Part shown: positions 40,725 through 49,899 of the stretch, piece after piece
Numbering within the stretch: position 1 is the first letter of the stretch
Layout: every line of letters begins with the position of its first letter
Assembly (NCBI GenBank): GCA_042577985.1
Contig: JBHPDI010000001.1
Coordinates: 2,334-66,333 of the forward strand
Direction: 5' to 3'
Length of the DNA stretch: 64,000 nt
DNA from: Halobacteriota archaeon
GTDB taxonomy: Archaea > Halobacteriota > UBA148
Program-made: the position numbers and the translations under genes
Notes under the pieces: model-generated
Told to the model about the DNA's origin: nothing
The model's database searches: none
What the model saw: the letters and a program-made list of their open reading frames with translations, nothing else

Positions 40725-41727
40725 CTCCAACCTTCCATATTTGTAATCCTTTTGTTTCAAATCCAAAATCAATTATCTTCACACCATATTCTTTGATTTT
40801 ATCTTCCACTTTGTACTTCTTGTCGTACTCGCAGAAGAGCAAAAGATGTCCTCCCCCTCCTGCACCAAGTATCTTTCCGCCAATTGCTCCGTTCTCTCTT
40901 GCAATTTCATATAGCTTGTCTATTTCAGGGTTAGTTATTTTATTTGATAGCCTTTTCTTTTCTATCCATCCTTGATGTAAAAGCTCACCAAATCTCCTAA
41001 GATTACCTTTAATCAGAGAATATTTCATTTCATCGGCAATACTCTTCAGATTATGCATTCCTTCTATCGAGTCTTTTTTTCTTTCTTTATATCTTTTTAC
41101 CAGATCAACTTGAATTTCACTCGACAGTCTTGTATCACCTGTATAACAGAGCAACAAGCGATATTGGAGTTCGTTTAAATTTTCAGAACGGAGTCGCAAC
41201 GGATTTACAATGACTTCATCCTTAAATTCGATATAGTTAAGTCCTCCAAATGTGGAAGCGTATTGATCCTGATATCCTCCTTCCATCTTTAACTCTTCTC
41301 TCTCTATATGATATGCGAGTTCTGCGACTTCGTATCCCTCCATGCAAATCTCAAGGAATTCTTTGAAAGCCCCTATCAAAGCCACTGTAACTGCAGATGA
41401 GATGCCCATTCCAGAGCCAGGCGGCATATCGCTATGTATTAATAAATCACATCCTTTATCAACACTAAACTCGTTTATTATTGCTTTTACTATGTCTAAT
41501 CTGCCATTGTATTCCAGTTCTTCTCCAATTTCAAAGCTTTTTTTTAATCTATAATCCAATGAATATATGTTAATTGCTTTATTTTTATTCGGTGTAATGG
41601 TGGCGTATGCATATTTATTTATGGTAGTGCTGATCACTGCGCCGCCATGTTCTCGACAGTAAGGTGGCACATCAGTTCCTCCACCTCCAAAACTGATCCG
41701 AAAAGGGGATCTACTCCTTATGACCAT
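40711..41727 (-). CDS. hddA: D-glycero-alpha-D-manno-heptose-7-phosphate kinase (GHMP family)
   Basis: PFRISFGGGGTD, PPGSGMG.SS, GGYQDQY, GKILGAGGGG. Confidence 0.9.
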   Translation of the reverse strand: MVIRSRSPFRISFGGGGTDVPPYCREHGGAVISTTINKYAYATITPNKNKAINIYSLDYRLKKSFEIGEELEYNGRLDIVKAIINEFSVDKGCDLLIHSDMPPGSGMGISSAVTVALIGAFKEFLEICMEGYEVAELAYHIEREELKMEGGYQDQYASTFGGLNYIEFKDEVIVNPLRLRSENLNELQYRLLLCYTGDTRLSSEIQVDLVKRYKERKKDSIEGMHNLKSIADEMKYSLIKGNLRRFGELLHQGWIEKKRLSNKITNPEIDKLYEIARENGAIGGKILGAGGGGHLLLFCEYDKKYKVEDKIKEYGVKIIDFGFETKGLQIWKVGDEDK

Positions 41728-42428
41728 ATTAGCTCCTCCAGCTCTTTTTTGATCCTCTCATAGTCTTCTGGTGTGCCCAAGTCTCGAAAGTAACAATTCG
41801 TTTTATATCCAAATATGCGATTTGTTTCCACTATCTTTGGAAAAAGGTCATATTCAATAGAAAATACCTCTTTGGCAGGCATATAACTGTATATGTCTAA
41901 GTCAAAGACATAAGCACCCGTGTTAATACTTCCAAAGTTTTTTTCACTTTTTTCTATAAATTTCGTAATTATGCAATGTTCATTAATTTCGACTGCTCCG
42001 TATCTATGGTTTTCTTCATTTATGTTAGCCAGTGATATTGTTGCTAAACCCTTTTTTTCTTCATGAAAACTCAAAAAATCAGTGAAATCTGTGAGGAGAT
42101 AAGTATCTCCATTCATAACCATGAATTTATCTTCATTAACAACATAGGATTCCGCGTTTTTTAGAGCCCCGCCAGTTCCCAAAGGTTTTTCCTCCTCCAC
42201 ATATTCAATGTGTACCTCAAACTTTTTCCCATTTCCAAAGTAATTCTTGATTTCATTACTCATATACCCAACAGAAAGAATAATGTCTCTTAGATTGAAC
42301 CTCTTTAGCAATTCGATTTGCCATTCCAAAAAGGGCTTTCCACATATTTGAGCCATAGGCTTTGGCTTATCACTAATAATTTTCCGAAGCCTTGTTCCAA
42401 GTCCACCAGCCAAGATTATTGTTTTCAT
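41718..42428 (-). CDS. hddC: Heptose-1-phosphate guanylyltransferase-like nucleotidyltransferase
   Basis: LAGGLGTRL....PKPM, PLGTGGA, NGDTY, DLGTPEDY; directly upstream of hddA. Confidence 0.8.
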   Translation of the reverse strand: MKTIILAGGLGTRLRKIISDKPKPMAQICGKPFLEWQIELLKRFNLRDIILSVGYMSNEIKNYFGNGKKFEVHIEYVEEEKPLGTGGALKNAESYVVNEDKFMVMNGDTYLLTDFTDFLSFHEEKKGLATISLANINEENHRYGAVEINEHCIITKFIEKSEKNFGSINTGAYVFDLDIYSYMPAKEVFSIEYDLFPKIVETNRIFGYKTNCYFRDLGTPEDYERIKKELEELIWS

Positions 42429-42604
42429 AATAAGCCTATTTTTTTTCAATTATGCTTTTTCAGTAGTTCCAAAATACCCCTCTTCCGAGTACGATTATAT
42501 ACTATACTTTCATGTCGGTTTGGCGGATTGTTTATGTGAGGATTGTGAATAAGCGGTAGAATGGATTGGAAAATCGTGTTCGAAACTCGGTGAATCAGGA
42601 AGTA

Positions 42605-43534
42605 CTATTTTAAGACTTTCTTTGCCGACTCAACTATTTTTCTTGTCGTTAAACTATACAACTCATACAACTCATTAGTATCGCCAGATTGTCCAAATCT
42701 ATCTCGAACTGCTACAAACTCCATCGGTACCACTTCATTACATACAATTGTTTCTGCTACTGCGCCACCTAATCCCCCCAAGATACTATGCTCTTCTACT
42801 GTAATGATTGCCCCGGTTTCACGGGCTGCTTTTATTATAATATCTGTATCAATAGGCTTAATCGTATGTATGTTGATCACCCTTGCATCAATCCCTTCTT
42901 TATTAAGGTCATCCGCTGCATCTAATGCCTTACTAACCATCGTTCCAGTTGCTATGATCGTCAAATCAGATCCTTCTCTCAGCGTTATACCTTTTCCCAA
43001 CTCGAATTGGTAATTCGAATCAAATAGGATTGGTGTTTTAATCCTACTCAAACGAACATAGAAAGGTCCTGGATAGTAAACGATTGCACATATTGCCTGT
43101 TTAGTCTCTTCTGCGTCGGCTGGCACAATAACCTGCATATTTGGAATGACTCGCATGAGGGCTATATCTTCTAGCGATTGATGGGAGGCACCGTCTGGAC
43201 CATTGCTCAGTCCTGCATGACTTACAACGATTTTTACATCCAGATTATCATGAGCTACTATACTTCTAATTTGTTCCCACGCTCTGCCAGTTGCAAAAAT
43301 CGCATATGAACTTGCAAAGGCTATTTTACCGGAATATGCAAGCCCAGCTGCCGTTCCTATCAAATCTTGCTCAGCACAACCAACATTAAAAAATCTCTTA
43401 GGGTATCTCTCTGCAAATTTACTCGTTTTTGTAGATGTTGAAAGATCTGCATCTAATACGACGATTCTTTCTTCTTTAGCACCTATCTCAGCTAAACACT
43501 CACCATAAGCATCACGTGTGGATTTTTCAATCAT
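42605..43534 (-). CDS. Transketolase, C-terminal subunit
   Basis: DADLSTST, AEQ, GPDGASHQ, EEHS..GGLG. Confidence 0.93.
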   Translation of the reverse strand: MIEKSTRDAYGECLAEIGAKEERIVVLDADLSTSTKTSKFAERYPKRFFNVGCAEQDLIGTAAGLAYSGKIAFASSYAIFATGRAWEQIRSIVAHDNLDVKIVVSHAGLSNGPDGASHQSLEDIALMRVIPNMQVIVPADAEETKQAICAIVYYPGPFYVRLSRIKTPILFDSNYQFELGKGITLREGSDLTIIATGTMVSKALDAADDLNKEGIDARVINIHTIKPIDTDIIIKAARETGAIITVEEHSILGGLGGAVAETIVCNEVVPMEFVAVRDRFGQSGDTNELYELYSLTTRKIVESAKKVLK

Positions 43535-44382
43535 GCCAACACATCTCGTTTATAAATTGAATCCAATTCATTCAGTGCTTTTTCAATCTCTGTCGGAGTT
43601 GGTGCTCTTCCATGAAAATCTTTTATCCATTCCATAAAGGAAACACCTCTGCCCTTTATTGAATGAGCAATTATCACAGTTGGCTGCCCTCTCTTATTTT
43701 TTGAGGCATTAAATGCTTTTAAGACTTCTTTGACATCATAAGCATCCACCTCAATGACTCGCCAACCAAACGCATGCCATTTTTCTACGAGCGGTTCCAG
43801 ACTCATAATTTTCTCTGTTGGTCCGTCTATTTGCAGACCATTTCGATCTACAATAGCTACGAGATTATCTAAATTGTAATGAGCAGATGTCATTGCTGCC
43901 TCCCAGATTAGACCTTCGTCACACTCTCCATCCCCAAGGAGAACATAAACTCGGTAGTTTTTATTATCAATTTTTCCCGCCATAGCCATGCCATTTGCTA
44001 TCGAAAGTCCTTGACCTAATGAGCCTGAAGACATTTCTATCCCTGAGATTCTATTTCTATCAGGGTGTCCTTGGAGAACACTATTAACTCTTCGAAGATT
44101 TTCCAATTCTTCAAGCGGGATATAACCGGATTCCGCTAAAGCTGCATATAGTGTTGGGGCTGCGTGACCCTTGCTTAATACAAATCTATCTCTATCGGGC
44201 CAATTAGGATTTTTTGGATCATGGTGCATCACATAAAAATATAATGCTGTAATCACATCTACACATGACAATGACCCACCAGGATGCCCTGACCCAGCTT
44301 TTGAAATCATTTTTAAGACATGTACTCGAATTCTATATGCTTTTTCCAAAAGTCGTTTAATATCTTCTTCCCTTACTTTCAT
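43531..44382 (-). CDS. Transketolase, N-terminal (TPP-binding) subunit
   Basis: SGHPGGSLS, RDRFVLSKGHA, GSLGQGLS, GDGE. Confidence 0.93.
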   Translation of the reverse strand: MKVREEDIKRLLEKAYRIRVHVLKMISKAGSGHPGGSLSCVDVITALYFYVMHHDPKNPNWPDRDRFVLSKGHAAPTLYAALAESGYIPLEELENLRRVNSVLQGHPDRNRISGIEMSSGSLGQGLSIANGMAMAGKIDNKNYRVYVLLGDGECDEGLIWEAAMTSAHYNLDNLVAIVDRNGLQIDGPTEKIMSLEPLVEKWHAFGWRVIEVDAYDVKEVLKAFNASKNKRGQPTVIIAHSIKGRGVSFMEWIKDFHGRAPTPTEIEKALNELDSIYKRDVLA

Positions 44383-45352
44383 TCTCCTCTCTCGATATAG
44401 CCTCTTTTAATTCTTGTGTGGATAACAATGCCAAGCCCTTTTTATTCGCAGTCAATCCCGCGGCATAATTTGATAGTTTTGCTGCCTCTACTAGAGTTGC
44501 ACCTGTTGTTAGACCCAAAGCTAATACACTTGTAATCGTATCTCCAACACCTGTAACATCAAGTGGATTTTTTACAACCGGAGGAATAAAGGATACACTT
44601 TCATTTTGCTCAAAAACATAAAAACCTTCTTCTACCCATGTTATTAAAACTCCTTTGCATTCTAGCATGGTCATGATTCTTTGGCCCATATTTCGTATAC
44701 TTGTTTCGTTAATTGGTGTGACTCCAGTGGCATAACTTGCTTCTTTTCGATTTGCTCTAATCACGGTCACACCTTTGTATAATAAAAAATTTTCTTTTTT
44801 AGGGTCAACAACAATTTTTTTTCCATATTTCATCGTAATTTCGACTGCTGTGTCCACAAGTTTTGGCGTTATAACACCTCTACCATAATCAGAAATAACA
44901 ATTACATCCACATCATCAATTAATTCTTTTATATAATCTATAAGCATTATAGTGGTTTTAGAACCTATTTGTGCTTTGTCGGCTCTATCTAAACGAAGTA
45001 TTTGCTGTTCAAAAGTTCTAATCCTGGTTACCAAAGTTGTAGGCTCTTCTGTTCTAAAAATACCGTCTGTAGCTATGCCTCTATTCTTTAATTCGTTAAC
45101 CAAATAATCTCCCTCATGATCATCTCCAACAACACTCGCCACACAAATTTCTCCTCCCAGCGCATGAAGATTATTAACGGCATTTGCAGCTCCGCCTATC
45201 ACAAGAGACTCTGAGCTAATATCAACAACTGGTACTGGTGCTTCAGGCGAAATCCTGGTCACATCACCAATAATAAATTTGTCCACCATCACATCGCCTA
45301 TCACCAATATTTTCTTATTATTAAACTTGTCTACTATGTCAGATAGTTCTAT
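44357..45352 (-). CDS. D-beta-D-heptose-7-phosphate kinase (RfaE/HldE kinase domain only, PfkB family); probable ATA start
   Basis: GDVMVD, RISPEAPVPV, GGAANA, SDYGRG, VDPK, DVTGVGDT; ORF track start 45412 (TTG) lies upstream of the likely TATA box. Confidence 0.87.
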   Translation of the reverse strand: MELSDIVDKFNNKKILVIGDVMVDKFIIGDVTRISPEAPVPVVDISSESLVIGGAANAVNNLHALGGEICVASVVGDDHEGDYLVNELKNRGIATDGIFRTEEPTTLVTRIRTFEQQILRLDRADKAQIGSKTTIMLIDYIKELIDDVDVIVISDYGRGVITPKLVDTAVEITMKYGKKIVVDPKKENFLLYKGVTVIRANRKEASYATGVTPINETSIRNMGQRIMTMLECKGVLITWVEEGFYVFEQNESVSFIPPVVKNPLDVTGVGDTITSVLALGLTTGATLVEAAKLSNYAAGLTANKKGLALLSTQELKEAISREENESKGRRY

Positions 45353-45722
45353 TCTCTCACCTCTCTTTCTGCATAGTTTTGGAGTATTTAAATAAGTTAT
45401 GGTGTGCTGCAATCATTATGTAAACTTACGTAGCTAAATTAAAGCAGATAATGGTGGGGGGAAGTATGAGCAGAAAGGGTAACACAACAATACAATCCTT
45501 TTTGTTTTACGTTGCGTTGGAGCATTCGACGAGGTCTCCAGAGTTATTACTGGGGTTTGCCATATCTGCTAAATTAAAGCCATAGGGAAGAACGGTAGAA
45601 AGGGAAGATGTTGTTGTAACTCTTAATATGGATAACGATAACAATAGGTTCATTAATAAGGATAGGTATGAAACACTTTATGGGATGGGAATGCATTTTT
45701 TTAAGGAGAATTTAATACTAAA

Positions 45723-46793
45723 ATGGGGGAAGAAATGCGAATAGCAATACTAAGCACATTCCCAGATAAGAAATGTGGAATTGCAGATTACATATATCCA
45801 GTTGTTCAAGAACTTAAAAAGAGTGATGAACTAGAGAAGCTCATCGTTATCGGAGACCTTGAATCTACGAAAGCAGATTACATGGTAGATTTTAAATCGT
45901 TCAAATTGTATAAACTTGTAAATGAAATTATTGCTAAAGAGTCAATAGACCTGCTATACATAGAGCATGAATATTGGATTTATGGTAAAACCAATCTCGG
46001 CTTCATTGGGGTACATAAAAAGCTGGATATACCCATCGTTACTAACTTCACTGCAATTTCCTCAAATGATCCGGGCATCTCCTTATTGGAGCGCATCCGG
46101 GCAAAAATAGTGGAAGGAATAGTTTCAACCAGGGCGAAGAAGATAGTCGTTTCTTATGGAGCTGATGAAGAGCAACTTGCTGACTTGCCAACGCAGAAAA
46201 TAGCTAAAATTCCACTTGGAATAGCTCCCATTTCTAAACTTGAAAAACGTAAAAAAGAAGGAGACAAGAAAACCATCCTATTCTTCGGGATAATATCTTC
46301 TCATAAAGGTGTAGAAAATCTCATTAAATCTTCAAAATACCTCAAAGATGTGAGAATAGCAATCGCGGGCAGACCTAATATGGATTTTAAAGAACTGCTA
46401 ATGCTTAAAGAAGAATACTTAAAATACAATGAAATAATCCTCGATTTCGAATGGATACCTGATGATAAGAAAAATGAATATTTCAGCAAGGCCGATGTAG
46501 TAGTCCTACCCTACACAAGGATAGGTATTCAATCTGGAGTGTTATACGATGCTCTAGGTTATGGTGTTCCTTGCGTTGTAAGTAGTGGGGGAATGATGGG
46601 TGCAGTTGTAAATGAATATAGTTTGGGGGCGGTAGTGGATCCAATGGATCCAGAAGACATTGCAAGAGGTATCACCAAGGTACTCAATGGTTATAGCAAA
46701 TATAAAGATAATGTGCTTAAATATCAGAAGACAGCGAGTTGGGAGAACGTGGCGAAGATGTATGTCGGGTTATTTAAAGAGGTATTAGTTTGA
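45723..46793 (+). CDS. Glycosyltransferase family 4
   Basis: CGIADY, FFGII..HKG, LPY....QSGVL. Confidence 0.87.
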   Translation: MGEEMRIAILSTFPDKKCGIADYIYPVVQELKKSDELEKLIVIGDLESTKADYMVDFKSFKLYKLVNEIIAKESIDLLYIEHEYWIYGKTNLGFIGVHKKLDIPIVTNFTAISSNDPGISLLERIRAKIVEGIVSTRAKKIVVSYGADEEQLADLPTQKIAKIPLGIAPISKLEKRKKEGDKKTILFFGIISSHKGVENLIKSSKYLKDVRIAIAGRPNMDFKELLMLKEEYLKYNEIILDFEWIPDDKKNEYFSKADVVVLPYTRIGIQSGVLYDALGYGVPCVVSSGGMMGAVVNEYSLGAVVDPMDPEDIARGITKVLNGYSKYKDNVLKYQKTASWENVAKMYVGLFKEVLV

Positions 46794-46986
46794 TTTTGAC
46801 AAATTAAATATCACTGTTTGCCGAAAATAGTGCCAAAGTTTGTTTTATCTCACGGATGGTGAGCAGGAGGTTATTTCAGAGATTCCGAGAAAAGTAGCGG
46901 AACTCGACAAACTGTTAGGGATTGAGGTATTCCCTAAAATGATGCGGAATTAATGTTATAAAGAGAAGGAAGAGACAACGGTGAAG

Positions 46987-47049
46987 ATGATAAGTGTTGA
47001 TTTGGGGTGTGGAACAAATAAAAGGGCAGATATCGGTTTGGATAGTTAA
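46987..47049 (+). pseudogene. Truncated class I methyltransferase N-terminus
   Basis: MISVDLGCGTNKRADIGLDS* (SAM motif I) after a GGTGA SD; stops after 20 codons. Confidence 0.65.
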
Positions 47050-47106
47050 TTTAAATATATGCAAAATTTAGTTACAATGGATGTAATATGGAGGTGAAAT
47101 ACATCT

Positions 47107-48096
47107 ATGGAATCCTTGGATACAGAAGGTGGAAAGGGTGAAAGTGGTGGTACAGGAAATCAACCAAAAGTCTCTATTGTTCTTTTGGGCTATAATAGGG
47201 CGCACATGCTACCAAAATGCATCGAAACCTTGAAAGAGCAAGATTATGAGAATATTGAAATAATTTATGTAGATGATGCAAGCATAGACAATAGTGTAGA
47301 CGTTGCTGAATCTTATGGGATAAAGAAAATAATTCGGCTGCCAGAGAATAAAGGTTTCGGGCCACCGAATAATAAAGGTGTGAAGATTGCAGAAGGTGAC
47401 TTTGTTTTTTTTGTACATGATGATATGTATTTTGAAAAAAGCTGCGTTTCGGAGCTTGTAAAAGAGATAACAAACGATGAAGATATTTTTGCTGTTGACC
47501 CCCTCCAATATAATTGGGAAGGCACAGAGATACACCATGGTGCTATAAAGATAAAGAAGAGCGGTCTCAAAAATTGGTTCCCTTTTGTCCTGGTAGATTT
47601 TGATGTTGTAGACGAAAAAATTGAAATCCCTTGGGGGTGTGCCGGCAGTTTAATGGTAAGAAGAGAAATGTTCGAGGAACTAGGTGGATTTGATAGCACT
47701 TTCTTCCTAGACTGCGAGGATACGGATTTATGTGTAAGAGCATGGATGAGGGGATGGAAAACGGTGTATGTTCCATCTGCTAAACTTTACCACATGGTAT
47801 CTGGAGGTACCAGAACCCCATCAGATTTGAGAATGCTCAGCGGTGAGAAGAACTTCTTAAGATTCGTTCTTAAGGTAATGAGCAAGAAAATGGTTGTTAG
47901 AATGTATCTTGCAAAATTGGTACAGGCACTTGGATTAATACTTATGGGCAAGAAAAGGGGTGTGCTTATCCTTAAGGCAATGGTAAGGACCCTATCAAAC
48001 TTTAATGAAATCTCAGAGGAAAGGAAAAAAATATTTTTAGCAAGTAAAGAGAGCGGTGACGAGATATTAGAAAAATTTTTAGCTAAATCACAATAA
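47107..48096 (+). CDS. Glycosyltransferase family 2 (rhamnosyltransferase-like GT-A)
   Basis: VDDAS.D, N.GF...NN.G, GGFD..FF...EDTDL..RA. Confidence 0.87.
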   Translation: MESLDTEGGKGESGGTGNQPKVSIVLLGYNRAHMLPKCIETLKEQDYENIEIIYVDDASIDNSVDVAESYGIKKIIRLPENKGFGPPNNKGVKIAEGDFVFFVHDDMYFEKSCVSELVKEITNDEDIFAVDPLQYNWEGTEIHHGAIKIKKSGLKNWFPFVLVDFDVVDEKIEIPWGCAGSLMVRREMFEELGGFDSTFFLDCEDTDLCVRAWMRGWKTVYVPSAKLYHMVSGGTRTPSDLRMLSGEKNFLRFVLKVMSKKMVVRMYLAKLVQALGLILMGKKRGVLILKAMVRTLSNFNEISEERKKIFLASKESGDEILEKFLAKSQ

Positions 48097-48099
48097 CAC

Positions 48100-49080
48100 C
48101 TATACCTTTTTTATGATACCTTTCACAAACCCAACAAACAACCAAATATATTTGTAAAACAAAAGTATTGGCATGAGAAATATAATCCTGGAAAAATCTT
48201 CTATTATGATAGACCTGAGTATGATGTATAAATAAAGCAAGAAGAAAGGTATCAGCGAAATAGCGATATAAGTTATATTTATATGCGCTATAACGGAAAC
48301 AATCAAAAAAATAGGTAAAGCAGCGAAGTAGATTATTATAAACATTTTAATTGTGTTTCCAAGCAGATTACTACTGAAGTATCGCCAATTCGCCAATGGC
48401 TCACCATACCAGATACACTTCTTATAATATCTGAAGAAGCCTATATCTTGCTTCTCCTCATGATTTACGGCCTTTGGAGCGTATAGGAATTCATATCCTT
48501 GCTTTTTAAGCTCATCGAGCTTCTTCAACACTCGATTATACAATTCAGTATCTTCTCCAGCTCTCAAATTCTCATCGTATAAACCAACGATATCGTATAA
48601 CTTCTTCCTTGGCATTAGGGGGTCTACACCCTTTAGCTCTTCTGGAATCTTGCTCCAGCCCATTATTTTGTCGTATAGATAAACTAACAATGGAAATAGA
48701 CCTTGACCTTGTGGTGGATCAAAACCTTCTTTAGCTCTTACGCAGAGAACTTTATCAGATTTTGCATAATGCTTTGCTATTTCATTGATAAAATTCTTCG
48801 AGATCCAACAATCAGAATCCACAAATACAACTACGTCGCCATTTGCATTCGAAATTCCTTCGTTCCTAGCTGCACCAACGCCTTTTGGCTCCTTCCGAAT
48901 TATTTTGAATGGAAATTTCGATTTCTGCTTATAATTCTCTATTATCTCTTCCGTGCCGTCATCCGAACTATCCACAACTACAACTTCAATACTGGGATAT
49001 GTTTGACTTAATATGCTTTCAAAACATTTACTTATCGTATTTTTCGCATTCTTGCTGATTGTCACAACAGAAATTAGCAT
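48100..49080 (-). CDS. Glycosyltransferase family 2 with C-terminal TM helices
   Basis: SVV..., ARNEGI, DSDC, GEDTE. Confidence 0.85.
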   Translation of the reverse strand: MLISVVTISKNAKNTISKCFESILSQTYPSIEVVVVDSSDDGTEEIIENYKQKSKFPFKIIRKEPKGVGAARNEGISNANGDVVVFVDSDCWISKNFINEIAKHYAKSDKVLCVRAKEGFDPPQGQGLFPLLVYLYDKIMGWSKIPEELKGVDPLMPRKKLYDIVGLYDENLRAGEDTELYNRVLKKLDELKKQGYEFLYAPKAVNHEEKQDIGFFRYYKKCIWYGEPLANWRYFSSNLLGNTIKMFIIIYFAALPIFLIVSVIAHINITYIAISLIPFFLLYLYIILRSIIIEDFSRIIFLMPILLFYKYIWLFVGFVKGIIKKV

Positions 49081-49116
49081 TTAAACATCCTTATTTATTC
49101 TCTTAACTCTTTATTA

Positions 49117-49899
49117 TCATTTTTCCTGTTCCACAATCCTCGTTATTGCGGTGATGTTCCAAACATTTTCGTCAACATTTCCATTCAAATCTAAAAAGGG
49201 ACATATTTTCAAGACTTCAAAACCAGCACTTTCTAGATAGTATTTTAGTTCTTGAGGAAAATAGAATCTAACGACATGCTTTTCGTTAACTTCATTGAAG
49301 GTGCCCTCCTTTTTATTTAGAACGATTAATTTGTAGTTCACTTCACAGATATGGTCAAAAGCCCTTAAATTCGGAATTGCAACTCTTAAGATTCTCACTT
49401 TATCATTTTCGATCTCTTTTATTCTTTGTTCTGGAAGAGTCCTCATAACAGCTAATCCGTTCCAAACATCAAAAATAAAAATGCCGTTTGGTTTTAAATG
49501 CCTGCGTATATTATTTAATGCCTTAACTACGTCAGAATTTTTTGTTATGTACCCCATCACAGCAAACATAGCAATACATGCATCGAATTTTTCGTGTAAG
49601 CGGAAATCACGCAGGTCCATGACACGAAACTCTAGGTTTGCTATGTTCTTTGATTTTTCCTTTGCCTTTTCGATGATCATTTCTGAAATATCGGAGCCCA
49701 CAACGTTATAATTTCTTTTTGCCAATGGAATTGCGTGACCGCCAGTGCCACATCCTGCATCGAGTAGTGTGCTTATTGGTTTTTCAGAATATTTTCTAAA
49801 AATTTCCTCTACAAAGTCGCATTCTATTTCGTAGTTTTTATCTTGGTAAATCAAGTCATATACGTCGGCTAATTCTTCTTTAAAAACCATTAATTCCAT
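49117..49899 (-). CDS. Class I SAM methyltransferase (NDP-aminosugar N-methyltransferase-like)
   Basis: YDLIYQDKNY..E, LDAGCGTG.H, HLKPNG.FIFD; follows the aminotransferase. Confidence 0.78.
   Translation of the reverse strand: MELMVFKEELADVYDLIYQDKNYEIECDFVEEIFRKYSEKPISTLLDAGCGTGGHAIPLAKRNYNVVGSDISEMIIEKAKEKSKNIANLEFRVMDLRDFRLHEKFDACIAMFAVMGYITKNSDVVKALNNIRRHLKPNGIFIFDVWNGLAVMRTLPEQRIKEIENDKVRILRVAIPNLRAFDHICEVNYKLIVLNKKEGTFNEVNEKHVVRFYFPQELKYYLESAGFEVLKICPFLDLNGNVDENVWNITAITRIVEQEK

Noticed and set aside
45466..45585. Short + strand frame ending LLLGFAISAKLKP, resembling a GT87-like fragment
   Set aside because: Too short to support without a database search
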